Origin: a virus
Taxonomy: Duplodnaviria > Caudoviricetes
Virus record (IMG/VR): IMGVR_UViG_3300037046_000004
Span: 1 to 58,589 of that record
Direction: 5' to 3' (one strand)
DNA: 58,589 bases
Position numbers and translations under genes: made by a program. The notes beneath the pieces were generated by a model, which was given only the letters and a program-made list of their open reading frames with translations, was not told the origin of the DNA and did no database searches. Each line of letters begins with the position of its first letter. Within the stretch, counting starts at the first letter, position 1. Positions 18,909 to 29,257 of the stretch are shown piece after piece.

Positions 18909-21900
18909 ATGGCTGACACGGTTGAAACCTCCCTTGTGGGAATTGGTGTTGACCCGGCTTCCGTCATTAAGTTCTTGAAGGACATGGAAGCCGCCAAGGA
19001 AAAGGGTGGCGGCACCGTCAAACTGTCTATTGAAGCTGAAGGTGGGGAATCCCTGAACCAAGTCAGCGCTTCCGTTGAATCCATCGGTCAGGAAGCAACC
19101 AAAGCCGGGGATGACATCAGCAAGGGGATGGAAGACGCGGCGTCTTCCGCTGGTGAACTTCAGACCGGGCTTCTTGCCGTGGCTGGTGCGGCGGCTGGTA
19201 TCGGCATTGCGTTCGCGCTGTTAAGCAAGGAAGCGGCATCCGATGAACAAGCGCTTCGGAAGCTTCAAGTGGTCATGGGTGACCTGTCCAAAGAAGCTGA
19301 AGCGTTTTCCGCAACGTGGGCGGAAGCCACCGGGCGGCAGGAAGGCGAAGTTCAGGCAACCGTTGCACAAGCACAGCTTCTTCTTGAAACCTTTGGACTA
19401 AGCCGGGAAGAAGCGTTCAAGTTCTCAAAGGAATTAGTCAAGGGTGCAACGGACGCAACGGCTGTGCTGGGTGGTGACCTTGGCGGGGCAGTTGAGGAAA
19501 TCGCACGTGGTCTAATCAGGGGTGGGGCAGCGCTGAAGTCATACGGTATTGATGTGAGTGAAGCCCGCGTTCAACAGACCGCAATGGAACAGGGGCTTCT
19601 TGACGCAAGCGGCAAGATGGATGAAACCACGGAATCAACCATCAAGCTTCAGCTTGCCGTTGCGGACCTTCAGAAGCGCTTCGGTGGGGCGGCAACATCG
19701 GACACCAAGACCTTCGCGGAATCGTGGCGGGCGTTGAAAGACCTTCTAACGGAAACCGCGTCAACCTTCGGTCAGTTCGTCAATGAAGCCGTGGCACCGT
19801 TCATCAAGGGGTTGACTTCCGTTGTCAAATCGGTCCGGGCGTGGGCTGCCGCAAACCCGGTGTTGATTTCCACGCTTGTGAAGATTGGTCTTGCCTTGGT
19901 TCCGATTGGATTGGCAGCGGCGGCACTGGTGGGCACGGTGGCGGCTGTGTCCTTCGCGTGGAAACAGTACGCGGCGGCTGTGACGCTGGCGCAAGCGGCA
20001 ACGCTGTTGCTGTCCACAGCGTTCACCGCCAGCACGGCAGCCACCACCGCCAACACGGCAGCGCTATCAGCAAACGCGGCAATGCAAAAGAGTGCCGCCA
20101 CCAGCGGGCTTGTCACGGTCATCAGTAAAATCCGCGCAATCCTTGCGGTGACCACCGGGGAACTGATTGCCAACACACGGGCGTGGATTGCGAACGCTGC
20201 CGCACAGCTTGGGGTCAAGGGGGCAAGCCTTGGCGGAACGCTGTCAAGCCTTGCCCAAGGTTTCGCGGTGTTCACCGGGAACATCATCGGGTCAACCGTG
20301 GCACTGGCAACCGGGAAGATTGGGTTGACGGCATTCACGGCACAGGTAACCGGCGGGATGCTTCCAGCCTTGACCGCATCCGTTGCCAGTCTTAGCGCTT
20401 TGGGTGTGGCTGCCGCTGGCCTTGCCGTGGCATTCGTGGGCTTCAAGGTTGGTGGATACATTGAAGAATGGTTGGGACTGGCTGACGCACAGGAACGCGT
20501 TCAGAAGGGAACCGCAACGCTTGGCGATACCATCAAGTCAAAGCTGGTTGATGGGCTGTTGCTGGCAATCGGTCCGATTGGTTGGGCGGGGCTGGCATGG
20601 AAGAAGTATTACGAATATCAGGCGGAAGCAAACCGTGAAGCACAGAAGCGGGACATTGAAGAATCACTGAAGCAATTCAACCCCGAACAAATCCGGCTTT
20701 ACAACCAATACCTGAAGGAAGGCATGGTTGATTGGCGGGCGTTGAAGGCTGCCGTGAACGATACCGCCGGGCAGATTACCCGGTTTCAGTTCTTGCTTGG
20801 TCAGAAGCGGTCTGGTGCCAAGCTGACCGATGACCAACTGATTGAACTGGAAGCACGGTATGACCAACTTTCAACGTCCGTCAAGGGGTTCGCTGACCAA
20901 TACGCGGCGGCAATGGGGCGGGTGGTTACGGTCAACGGTCAAGCGGTGCTGACGTTCAGCGGGGCGAATGCCATACTGAAAAAGACCGCTGACGAATTTG
21001 AAAAAGCCAAGACCGCACTTGGCGGCGAACAGGTGAAAATCAATCTGGGTGAAGGCGGGGCTGAAGCGGTCAAAGCCCTTGATGATTTGGGTAAGACACT
21101 GGAACTGTTTGACCAACGGGCAAAGGCACACGTTGCCATTGTGGATGAACTGAACAAAAAACAGCCCACGTCAAACCTTGACCTTTCCCCCCAGATTGCG
21201 GCACAGAAGACGGCACTTGCCGAACTGTCCCGGCTGGCACAACAGGCAGCGGACCAACAGGCGCGAATCATTGAAGCGTCAATGGTGAAACAGATTGACG
21301 CGGCAAAGAAGTTCCGTGATGAAGAAGTAGCTGTTGCCACGAAGCGCAAAGACGATTTGGTCAAGATTGAACAGGAAAAAGTTGACCGCATCAAGGAACA
21401 GCTTGACCGGGAAACCGGCATCAGGGAAGCGGCAAACCAGAAGGCGCAAGACTTTGTTGCCCGGCTTCTTCAGGATGAACTTCGGCGCAAGAACGCACAA
21501 GCGGCGGACATTCAACAACTGGCCGAAAGCGCGGCGGCTTCGCTGAAGGATGTGGACAACCAAAACCTTCGGGCGCAAGCGCTGGAACTGGTGACCAAGC
21601 GCATTCAGGAATTGACCCAAGCCACACAAGAAGAAATCAACCTGAAGAAGACGCTTGCCAGTCAGACGAAGGACGAAACGAACGCGGCGAATGAACTGGC
21701 GAAAGCCAAGGAAGCCGAAGCCAAGGCGAAGGCTGAACTGTCCAAGGTTCCCGCCGGGGAAGACACGGAAGCACAGACAGAAGCCGTGAAGCGGGCGGCT
21801 GAAGCCACGCTTGCGGCACAAGAGAAGCTGAACGAAGAACAGGCGAAGACCAAACAGCTTCAAGCTGACCTTGCCGCCGAAGAACAGAAGCGGGCGGACG

Positions 21901-22820
21901 CGGCGAAGTTCGCGGAACAGGAAATTGCCCGGCTGTACGCGACAAGCGCGAAGCAAGCGGAAGACGCGGCGGCACGTCAGACCAAGATTACCGAACTTCA
22001 GAAACAACAGCTTGAAGCACAACAGAAAATCAACACAGCGGAAGAAGCGTACAAGACCGCTGTGGAAGCAAGCAACGCGGCGTTTGACGCCAAGGTTGCG
22101 GCAGCCAAGGAACTTCTTGCGGTTCTGTTGAAGATGGTTGAAGCTGAAAAACAACTGGTGGTTGCCCGTGCGTCCGGTGACCAATCGTCAGTGAAGGCAG
22201 CGGAACAAACCGTTCAGACTGCACAGACTGCTGTTCAACAACAGGTCAAGACCCAGCAACCAACCCAGCAAGCGGAACAAGCGGCGGGTGCGTTTGACGC
22301 CTTGGCGCAACAGTACGCGACACAGTTCAAGGAAGCCGTGGATGCGGCAGCCGCTAAGGTTGAAGCGTCAGCGGCAGCGGTGGCGAAGGCTGACGAAGCG
22401 TTCACCGCCGCTGATGTTCGCTTGGCTGCCGTTGAACAGGAACTAAAGTCATCGGAAGAAACGCTGACGGCGCAAGCGGCAGCCGTTGCGCAAGTCACCC
22501 AGACGGTGGACGCGGCAAGCGCGGGGATTCAAGCGAACGCGGCGAACATGACCCCGGCAATCCTGAACATCGGGAACCAACTTGCCGCCGTCAATGAAAG
22601 CCTGAAGCCCACGTCAAAGGCTGTGGTTGATGTGTCAACGTCCGCAACAGCGGTCAGCACCAGCGTTCAGAACATGGGGCGAATGGTGGTTGACGCAATG
22701 CAAAAAACGAAGACCCAGCTTGACACGCAAAAGAAATCACTTGACGCGTTAAGCGCCAAGGTTGCCGCGTTAATGGCAAGTAGTAGCGGAAGCGGGGAAG
22801 TTGCGGCAACTGGAAACTAA
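18909..22820 (+). CDS. Tape measure protein
   Basis: 1303 aa, Ala-rich and helical, LKSYGI motif, hydrophobic central segments. Confidence 0.9.
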   Translation: MADTVETSLVGIGVDPASVIKFLKDMEAAKEKGGGTVKLSIEAEGGESLNQVSASVESIGQEATKAGDDISKGMEDAASSAGELQTGLLAVAGAAAGIGIAFALLSKEAASDEQALRKLQVVMGDLSKEAEAFSATWAEATGRQEGEVQATVAQAQLLLETFGLSREEAFKFSKELVKGATDATAVLGGDLGGAVEEIARGLIRGGAALKSYGIDVSEARVQQTAMEQGLLDASGKMDETTESTIKLQLAVADLQKRFGGAATSDTKTFAESWRALKDLLTETASTFGQFVNEAVAPFIKGLTSVVKSVRAWAAANPVLISTLVKIGLALVPIGLAAAALVGTVAAVSFAWKQYAAAVTLAQAATLLLSTAFTASTAATTANTAALSANAAMQKSAATSGLVTVISKIRAILAVTTGELIANTRAWIANAAAQLGVKGASLGGTLSSLAQGFAVFTGNIIGSTVALATGKIGLTAFTAQVTGGMLPALTASVASLSALGVAAAGLAVAFVGFKVGGYIEEWLGLADAQERVQKGTATLGDTIKSKLVDGLLLAIGPIGWAGLAWKKYYEYQAEANREAQKRDIEESLKQFNPEQIRLYNQYLKEGMVDWRALKAAVNDTAGQITRFQFLLGQKRSGAKLTDDQLIELEARYDQLSTSVKGFADQYAAAMGRVVTVNGQAVLTFSGANAILKKTADEFEKAKTALGGEQVKINLGEGGAEAVKALDDLGKTLELFDQRAKAHVAIVDELNKKQPTSNLDLSPQIAAQKTALAELSRLAQQAADQQARIIEASMVKQIDAAKKFRDEEVAVATKRKDDLVKIEQEKVDRIKEQLDRETGIREAANQKAQDFVARLLQDELRRKNAQAADIQQLAESAAASLKDVDNQNLRAQALELVTKRIQELTQATQEEINLKKTLASQTKDETNAANELAKAKEAEAKAKAELSKVPAGEDTEAQTEAVKRAAEATLAAQEKLNEEQAKTKQLQADLAAEEQKRADAAKFAEQEIARLYATSAKQAEDAAARQTKITELQKQQLEAQQKINTAEEAYKTAVEASNAAFDAKVAAAKELLAVLLKMVEAEKQLVVARASGDQSSVKAAEQTVQTAQTAVQQQVKTQQPTQQAEQAAGAFDALAQQYATQFKEAVDAAAAKVEASAAAVAKADEAFTAADVRLAAVEQELKSSEETLTAQAAAVAQVTQTVDAASAGIQANAANMTPAILNIGNQLAAVNESLKPTSKAVVDVSTSATAVSTSVQNMGRMVVDAMQKTKTQLDTQKKSLDALSAKVAALMASSSGSGEVAATGN

Positions 22821-22831
22821 CGGGGGCACAC

Positions 22832-24103
22832 ATGCCAGCGTCAAGCATGGACGGTGTTCGGAAGTGGAAGTTCACACCCGCCGGGGGAACGGCGGTTGGG
22901 CTGGACGGAACTGACTTCTGGGTTTCCCCCAGCGGGGAACTGGGGGGAAGTGACGGGCTGCAACTGAACCCGAAGCTTTCACTGAACGATATTTGGGAAC
23001 ACGCTGACTTCACCGTCACGCAAGGACGGGCGCGGCGGAAGTATATGGAATCCCGCATTGCCACGCTTCGGGACATGATGGGAAAGCAAGGCACGCTTGT
23101 CATTGACGAAGGCTACACCGAAGCGGTGACATACACCGGCATCACGTGCTTGGGGTTCGCCCCGGCACAGGTCACCAATGACATCTTTGAATACAGCCTT
23201 GACTTTGGATACCCGCAAGCGAACACGGGCGCGGGAAGCGGCGGCATCATGCTTGCCCACCGGTTGGAGTTCGGCGGGGCTGGGGAAGCTGACACGCTGT
23301 TCATTGACAGTAAGAACATGGTGTTGGAGTTGACCACCAGCGGTGACAGAACGGACTTCAAGGAAGTCTTCCGGGCGGCACCTATCCGGGTTCGTGGTGC
23401 GTTGCCGTTGCAGTTCATCAACGTCTTGGGCGTGGTTGACAGGAACATCCCCAGCTTTTGGAGTGTGACGGCGGACAGCCAAGCGTCAGGGTTCTACGTC
23501 AACCGGCTGTTGAACCCGGCTGGGTCCGGGTACTTCAAGAGCGGAAGCGGGGCGTTGCCGCGAACTGTTACCGCATACCGTGGAACCTTCGGGCTGTTTG
23601 CCCCGGCACGCTACGGCATCAAACCACAGACCACCACCAAGGCACCCAAGACGTGGACGCTTCACGGAAGTGATGACGGCACCACGTGGACGCTGGTAGA
23701 CACACAGACGGGAATCACCGGGTGGGTGTTGGGCACGGAGAAAACCTTTGACATCACGTCCGCCGGGTGGAAGTATTTCAAGCTAACTGTGACCGTGCTT
23801 GACGGTGGCGGAAACGAAATGGAGTTGAAGGAGTTCAACCTTTACCCGTACAGTACATCCGTGTCAGATGATTACCACAGCGCGAACCACAGCCAGCGCT
23901 TCAAGATTGAAGACCGCTTCAGGTCCATCCGCTGGGGGCAGGTTGGGCGTGAACGTGAACTTCGCTTCAACGGCGCGGCATTGCTGGGGGCAAGCGAGTT
24001 GACAGCCCACCTTCTTGACGTTCAGATTGATGACATTGAAGGGCTTGAAACCCCAGCCTTCCGGCTGGCGTTCGCTTACGGATACGGCACACCGGGAACC
24101 TGA
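22832..24103 (+). CDS. Distal tail-like protein with inserted discoidin (F5/8 type C) domain
   Basis: Follows the TMP; APKTWTLHGSDDGTTWTLVD...W.....KTF....WKYFKL.V......ELKEF.LY. Confidence 0.7.
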   Translation: MPASSMDGVRKWKFTPAGGTAVGLDGTDFWVSPSGELGGSDGLQLNPKLSLNDIWEHADFTVTQGRARRKYMESRIATLRDMMGKQGTLVIDEGYTEAVTYTGITCLGFAPAQVTNDIFEYSLDFGYPQANTGAGSGGIMLAHRLEFGGAGEADTLFIDSKNMVLELTTSGDRTDFKEVFRAAPIRVRGALPLQFINVLGVVDRNIPSFWSVTADSQASGFYVNRLLNPAGSGYFKSGSGALPRTVTAYRGTFGLFAPARYGIKPQTTTKAPKTWTLHGSDDGTTWTLVDTQTGITGWVLGTEKTFDITSAGWKYFKLTVTVLDGGGNEMELKEFNLYPYSTSVSDDYHSANHSQRFKIEDRFRSIRWGQVGRERELRFNGAALLGASELTAHLLDVQIDDIEGLETPAFRLAFAYGYGTPGT

Positions 24104-24107
24104 ACCA

Positions 24108-26390
24108 ATGGCAACACAACTTGAAACCGTGTCCGGGCTGTCCGTGCTGTCCATGCTGTGGGCACCGAACCAAGCCCGTATTCTTCGTGCGTTCCACGCC
24201 ACCACGGTTGACAGTTCGTCCTTCCTTCCCGAAGGAACCCAAGTCACCTACACTGACCCGGACTTGGGCTTGTGCTTCGTGGGGAAAATCACGGACTACA
24301 AGAAAGCCTACAGGAACGGTGAAGGTGTTGAATACCAATGTGCTGACGGTTACCGAACGCTGACAAAAACCCCGGCGGCAATCCTTGTCAACGGAGTTAA
24401 GGAAACGCGGCTTTCATTCGTGACCGGTACTTCAATTCAAGACATCATCACCAAGATATTCAACGGAAGCGGTGTGGCAACATACTTGACGGGCGGGCTA
24501 TACTTCGGCATCACTGACGCTGACACCCCAGCGGTGGACAAGGGGGGTCAGTCCGTTGACACATGGTTGCAGGACTTGCTTGACTGCACCCCCGGCGGGA
24601 TTGCGTGGGTCAACCCGAACAGCGGCTATCCACAGCTTGACATCACGGACTTCACCACGGCACCGTCTGTGACTCTACAGGTTGGAACCTTCAGCATCAT
24701 CAACCCGGTTTCAGGGAATCCAATCCTTGAAGGTGGTGACATCGGCAAGTCACTGAACCGGAAATATCAGAAGGTCATGGTGCAAGGATGCGGCTGGTAT
24801 AAACGCCATGAACTGGAATGGTTGCCGGGTGAACTGTTTTCATCAAACGAAACAGCCGGGGAGTACGAATACCGGTTTTACATTCCGGGCACACCGGGCA
24901 AGCGTATCGTGTGCCGGTACATTGACGATGACGGCAACTGTCAAGACGGGTGCAAGGTTCGCGTGGCGCTTGGATTTGACCCGGATGATATTGTCATCAG
25001 CCGCACGGTGTTTGACTTTGACAACCCGTCCTTCAAGACAGATGACCAAGGACGCTTGTATTACACGGTCATTGTCCGGGTGGTGACTTACTTCGGTGCG
25101 GTTGCTGACGCTGGACCACCAGCGGTTCAGGTGTGGGTGACCTACACGTCAGAAGAAGGACCATTCGTCAAGGAAATCACCAGCACTGACCCGAAGCTTG
25201 CCGGTGAAGGAAGCTTCATTGAACAGCATGACGAATTCGTGAAGTACGAAGGTCCGAACGGAACGATTGACCAAACCGCGTTGCTTGAAGCGGTGGCGAA
25301 CGCGTTAGCCGCCCGGTACTGTGACGCGGCGGATTTGACCGGCACGCTTGGTGTTCACCTTGACGCGCTGTATCCTGAAATACAGCTAGGGTCACCCGTC
25401 ACGAACTTCAGCAATGCGCGTGTTCAGACCGTTGAATATGACTTCATGCGGCGTTCCATGAATCTTGCGATTAGCACGGTTCCGCTTCGTGAGAACATCA
25501 AGAAGGCGAAGCAAGACACGAAGGACGGAACGCTTGAAGGCGGGAACTGGTATCAGCCGCGTGTGAAGTACACGAACAACTGTTTTTGTGAAGGTGGTGT
25601 CAACAGCGTTGACGAAAACGGCAACGCGTCAGGTGGACCCGGTTCCGGTCCGTGGATTGGTGGACCGGGTGGCGGACCGGGCAACAACCCCAAGGGCAAG
25701 TCTTGGGATTGCAATAAGATGATGATGCCTTGGACGTGTGACGAACGCCCGGACGCGTTAGGTATGTTTATGAATCTGGGTGACTGCAACGCGGTGTGTA
25801 AAGAACCCATGTTGTCTTGGAAGTTCGTCAAGTGCGTGGGATGCGTGGCAGCGCAAGGAATGGCTGACGGGCAGTATGAAACCAAGGACGCGTGTTTAGC
25901 GGAACATGCACCCGGTTCCGATTACTTCTTCAATCTGTGCAAGTACACATGTGACCGGAACCTTGGATGTATTGGCGGAACAACCGGGACATACGCCACG
26001 AAGCTTGACTGTGAGAACAACTGTAAGCAAACGGGCAGCGGGTACGGAAGCGGTGGTGTGGTGGGAAGCCCGCGTTCAGCCCCGCCCGGACCGGGAAGCG
26101 GAAGCGGCGGGCGAAGCTTCGGGTGCCCGTGTAGTATGGCACTGAAGGGAATTTCAATCGGTGAAGACGGCACGGTCAAGGGTGTCAGCTTCGGTGTGGT
26201 GAACCCACCACAAGCCAGCGCTGGAAGCGCGGGGTACTGTTACGGTGAAAAACAATCCGTCACGCTGTTGAAAGACATCAACATCAACGGTGACGGGACA
26301 TGGACGAAGACTTTTGTGACGCTGACCTATTGCGGTGACGCACCGTCAGAAACCACGTCAACGGAGTCTTGCGATTGCGGCGGATACTGA
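24108..26390 (+). CDS. Tail tip/hub protein with Cys-rich, Gly-rich C-terminal region
   Basis: Position; F.GKI...YQC.D hub-like N-terminus; more than 20 Cys in the last 270 aa. Confidence 0.65.
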   Translation: MATQLETVSGLSVLSMLWAPNQARILRAFHATTVDSSSFLPEGTQVTYTDPDLGLCFVGKITDYKKAYRNGEGVEYQCADGYRTLTKTPAAILVNGVKETRLSFVTGTSIQDIITKIFNGSGVATYLTGGLYFGITDADTPAVDKGGQSVDTWLQDLLDCTPGGIAWVNPNSGYPQLDITDFTTAPSVTLQVGTFSIINPVSGNPILEGGDIGKSLNRKYQKVMVQGCGWYKRHELEWLPGELFSSNETAGEYEYRFYIPGTPGKRIVCRYIDDDGNCQDGCKVRVALGFDPDDIVISRTVFDFDNPSFKTDDQGRLYYTVIVRVVTYFGAVADAGPPAVQVWVTYTSEEGPFVKEITSTDPKLAGEGSFIEQHDEFVKYEGPNGTIDQTALLEAVANALAARYCDAADLTGTLGVHLDALYPEIQLGSPVTNFSNARVQTVEYDFMRRSMNLAISTVPLRENIKKAKQDTKDGTLEGGNWYQPRVKYTNNCFCEGGVNSVDENGNASGGPGSGPWIGGPGGGPGNNPKGKSWDCNKMMMPWTCDERPDALGMFMNLGDCNAVCKEPMLSWKFVKCVGCVAAQGMADGQYETKDACLAEHAPGSDYFFNLCKYTCDRNLGCIGGTTGTYATKLDCENNCKQTGSGYGSGGVVGSPRSAPPGPGSGSGGRSFGCPCSMALKGISIGEDGTVKGVSFGVVNPPQASAGSAGYCYGEKQSVTLLKDININGDGTWTKTFVTLTYCGDAPSETTSTESCDCGGY

Positions 26391-27052
26391 TACAGCAAGG
26401 CAGCGGACCCGCCGGGGAACTGGTGGACATGGTGAAGCCGTGGCACGTTCACGCGGCGGCTTCCATCGGGTACGAATACCGGGCGGACACGCTGGCGCTT
26501 GTGCCGGGGCGTCCGCTGTTCTGGGACAAGATAGACCGAATCAACAAAGCGATTGCTGACGCGGCTGACGGTGACTTGGTGGTGTGGATGGATTCCGATT
26601 GCATCATCAGGAAGCCCACGGACTTCAACCAAGCGCTTCCCCCAGAAGCGAACCTTGGGTTGGTCAAGGCTGTTGACGGTTGGTTCAACGGTGGTGTTCA
26701 CATCGTCCGGGTGTGCCCGGCAACACGGGCGTTTTACACGGAACACTTCCGCCGTGGTCCGGTGTTGCCGGATGAACGGGCACGCGAACCGGGCGCAATG
26801 GGGCGGGCTGGCGGTGACGATTCACGGACGAATCAGATGTTGCATCGTGGCTTTAACGGCATCGTGGCGCACAGCGTTGAACGGAAGTGGAACTGTTCAC
26901 GCATCACCCCAGCCCCGCACATGGAACCCCTTGACCGTTTGAAATACCCGCTAGTGGAAGGTTTTCATTGCGAAGCCCACCGGACCAAGTTAGTATTAAT
27001 GGCGGACCGGTTAGGCTTAGTCCGCAAACAAAACGGATGGAACCCGGCATGA
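26369..27052 (+). CDS. Glycosyltransferase, GT34 (GMA12/MNN10)-like
   Basis: H..A..IGYEY, WDKI..I, VVWMDSDCII (DxD), FNGGV..VR, WN, H. Confidence 0.75.
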   Translation: MRLRRILIQQGSGPAGELVDMVKPWHVHAAASIGYEYRADTLALVPGRPLFWDKIDRINKAIADAADGDLVVWMDSDCIIRKPTDFNQALPPEANLGLVKAVDGWFNGGVHIVRVCPATRAFYTEHFRRGPVLPDERAREPGAMGRAGGDDSRTNQMLHRGFNGIVAHSVERKWNCSRITPAPHMEPLDRLKYPLVEGFHCEAHRTKLVLMADRLGLVRKQNGWNPA

Positions 27053-28443
27053 AGATGCAAACCACCCCAACCGAACCACCGCCCCAAATGTACCCGTCAG
27101 TGGACGAAGGCAAGGCACGTCCGGGGTGTGAACCGTGCAAGGCGGCGAAAGAAGCCGCCGTGGAACAAGCCAAGGTTGAATCAAAGAAAGCGCTTGGCAT
27201 CGTCAGCTACCTTTCAGCCAAAGCCGGAAAGCTGGTGTCTGAACAGGTTCAGAAAATCAGGCTGGCGATATGTCACACATGTCAGGAAACCGAAGCCGGA
27301 ACCACGGTCAGACTGTTCCGCAAGATTGACGAGAAGGATTACTGTGGAACCCCACGGCTTGCGGACTTGCGGAAGATATACCGTGACGAAACGGAAATTG
27401 GTTGCGGCTGTAACCTTGAAGACAAGTCCCGATACGATGCCGCACAATGCCCGCGCAAGTTGTGGGGTCCGGGCGCACTGACCGGGAAACAGTTCAAGGT
27501 TCAGGTACAGCAAACGCGAATCCTGAAGGACGTGCTTGACGTTCAGGTCCATTATGCAATCAAGCCCGGTGACGAAGCGGACATGACCGGTATCGGTGAC
27601 ACGCTGTCAGCGCTTCCAATCGTTCACGCCGTGGCGCGTAAATGGCCGAACAAGCATGTGAGAATTCGCGTTGTGCCGGGAAGGGTTGAGTGGGCAAAGC
27701 TTGGTTGGTCTGATGTGGTCAGTTCCGAAGATTGGTCAACAAACGGTGAATGGTTTATTCGGTTGTTTGTCAACCGGTTGATTGACATTGATGAAACATG
27801 GGCACGGCACCCGGCGCACACGTCACTATACACGCGTCATCATGTCATGTGTGACGCGGCGGGGGTTGAAGAACCCATCAGGGACATCGGGCTTTCCCCC
27901 AGCAAGGAAGCCGCCGAATGGGCTGCCGGGCAATTCGGTGTTCCCACACAGAAGGGTCAGCCCATCGTGTGCCTGTCACCGTTCAGCACGTCAACGCCCC
28001 GGAATTGGCCTTTGCATCACTGGGTTGTGTTGGCGGAAAAGCTGACGGCGGAAGGATGCTTTGTTTACGTTGTTGACCACATACCGGACCGGACAAAGTT
28101 CATTCCGTTCCTTCGGTACTGGGGATGGGGTCCAGACCACCTTTGCGCGTTACTGAAGCGGACCAATCTGATTATTGGAAACGATTCGGCAATGGCACAC
28201 TTCGGGGGTGTGTTGCGAAGACCCACGATTGCGTTGTGTTCAGCGTCACCGGGCAAGGTGGTCTTCGGGTGGTATGACACCGTGCGTGTCATTCAAACCA
28301 AATCCGCGTGTAGTCAATGCAATTACATTGCACACAAAGGATTCACATACGCGTGTGATTCCGGGTGTGAAGCCATGTGGGATTTGAAGCCTAGCGTTGT
28401 GCTAGGGAATGCCTTGGAGATACTGAAAGGGGCGAAGCCATGA
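27049..28443 (+). CDS. Glycosyltransferase GT9 (heptosyltransferase-like) fused to an N-terminal Cys-rich domain
   Basis: GIGDTL..LP, RNWP..HW..LAE.L, IGNDSAMAH.GG.L..PTIAL; N-terminal C..C, RLAIC..C, GCGC.L..K......CP...W. Confidence 0.8.
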   Translation: MKMQTTPTEPPPQMYPSVDEGKARPGCEPCKAAKEAAVEQAKVESKKALGIVSYLSAKAGKLVSEQVQKIRLAICHTCQETEAGTTVRLFRKIDEKDYCGTPRLADLRKIYRDETEIGCGCNLEDKSRYDAAQCPRKLWGPGALTGKQFKVQVQQTRILKDVLDVQVHYAIKPGDEADMTGIGDTLSALPIVHAVARKWPNKHVRIRVVPGRVEWAKLGWSDVVSSEDWSTNGEWFIRLFVNRLIDIDETWARHPAHTSLYTRHHVMCDAAGVEEPIRDIGLSPSKEAAEWAAGQFGVPTQKGQPIVCLSPFSTSTPRNWPLHHWVVLAEKLTAEGCFVYVVDHIPDRTKFIPFLRYWGWGPDHLCALLKRTNLIIGNDSAMAHFGGVLRRPTIALCSASPGKVVFGWYDTVRVIQTKSACSQCNYIAHKGFTYACDSGCEAMWDLKPSVVLGNALEILKGAKP

Positions 28444-28949
28444 AAAGCAAGTGGGGCGTGTTGGCGTGGGTGGCGTTGATACTGTGTGTTGTTGGTTTTG
28501 TTGGTGGCGTGGTGATGGGGATGGACGCGGCGGCACCTGTCACCCCAGCCCCGGCACCCGTACCCGCTGACGGCGGAAGCGTGTTGCCCGGCTGGCTGGT
28601 GGCAATCATCAACTGTGCCGAAGGTCTGTTGGCAATGGTGTTCACGTTCTTCTTCGGCTGGTTGATGAAGAAGGCTGGTGACAACGCCACGGAGAAAGCC
28701 GCCTTGGAAGCGTTGCGTGACGGCGTGGTCAACACATACCATACGCTATACGCTGAACTGAAAGCGGCTTCCAAAGACGGCAAGCTGACCCAAGAAGAAA
28801 AGGCACAGCTACGGACACACGCCATTGAACAGGCGAAGTCATTGGCGAAGGGTTCAGCGCTGGAACTTCTGAAGACGTGGGGCAAGCCCCGGCTTGAAGC
28901 CTTGGTTGAACGTATGGTTGCCAAGATGAAGGGCAGCGGCACGGAGTAG
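28440..28949 (+). CDS. Holin-like membrane protein
   Basis: Two hydrophobic helices then LKAAS.DGKLT.EE..QL...A pattern seen in phage holins. Confidence 0.6.
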   Translation: MKSKWGVLAWVALILCVVGFVGGVVMGMDAAAPVTPAPAPVPADGGSVLPGWLVAIINCAEGLLAMVFTFFFGWLMKKAGDNATEKAALEALRDGVVNTYHTLYAELKAASKDGKLTQEEKAQLRTHAIEQAKSLAKGSALELLKTWGKPRLEALVERMVAKMKGSGTE

Positions 28950-28953
28950 ACCT

Positions 28954-29226
28954 ATGCGCGTGCGTAAGTGGGTGCGGGCGGGCGGGCGTGCGTGCGCGTG
29001 CGTGTGCGTGTTCGCGTGCGCGTGCGTGTGCGTGTTCGCGTGCGCGTGCGGGCGCACCCGCGTAAGCGCGGAACAATGCCCGGCACTGAAGGAATACGCC
29101 AAGCGCGAAGGCATCCCGCTAACGGGGAAGGGCTGGCCTGACACCGTGATGGAATACAGCATAAGCCACGGTCCAGCCCTTACCCCGGTTCAACAGGCAG
29201 AATATACGCGGTTCCGTGTGAAGTAG
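28954..29226 (+). CDS. Small putative lipoprotein whose signal region is encoded by a tandem repeat
   Basis: Basic N-terminus, (ACACVCVF)x2, ACACG lipobox-like. Confidence 0.5.
   Translation: MRVRKWVRAGGRACACVCVFACACVCVFACACGRTRVSAEQCPALKEYAKREGIPLTGKGWPDTVMEYSISHGPALTPVQQAEYTRFRVK
28990..29049. repeat. 2.5 copies of a 24-bp unit, mostly alternating purine-pyrimidine
   Basis: GCGTGCGCGTGCGTGTGCGTGTTC at 28990 and 29014, partial at 29038. Confidence 0.9.
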
Positions 29227-29257
29227 AATGTGAAGTGGAATGTGAAAGGGGGAAGTC

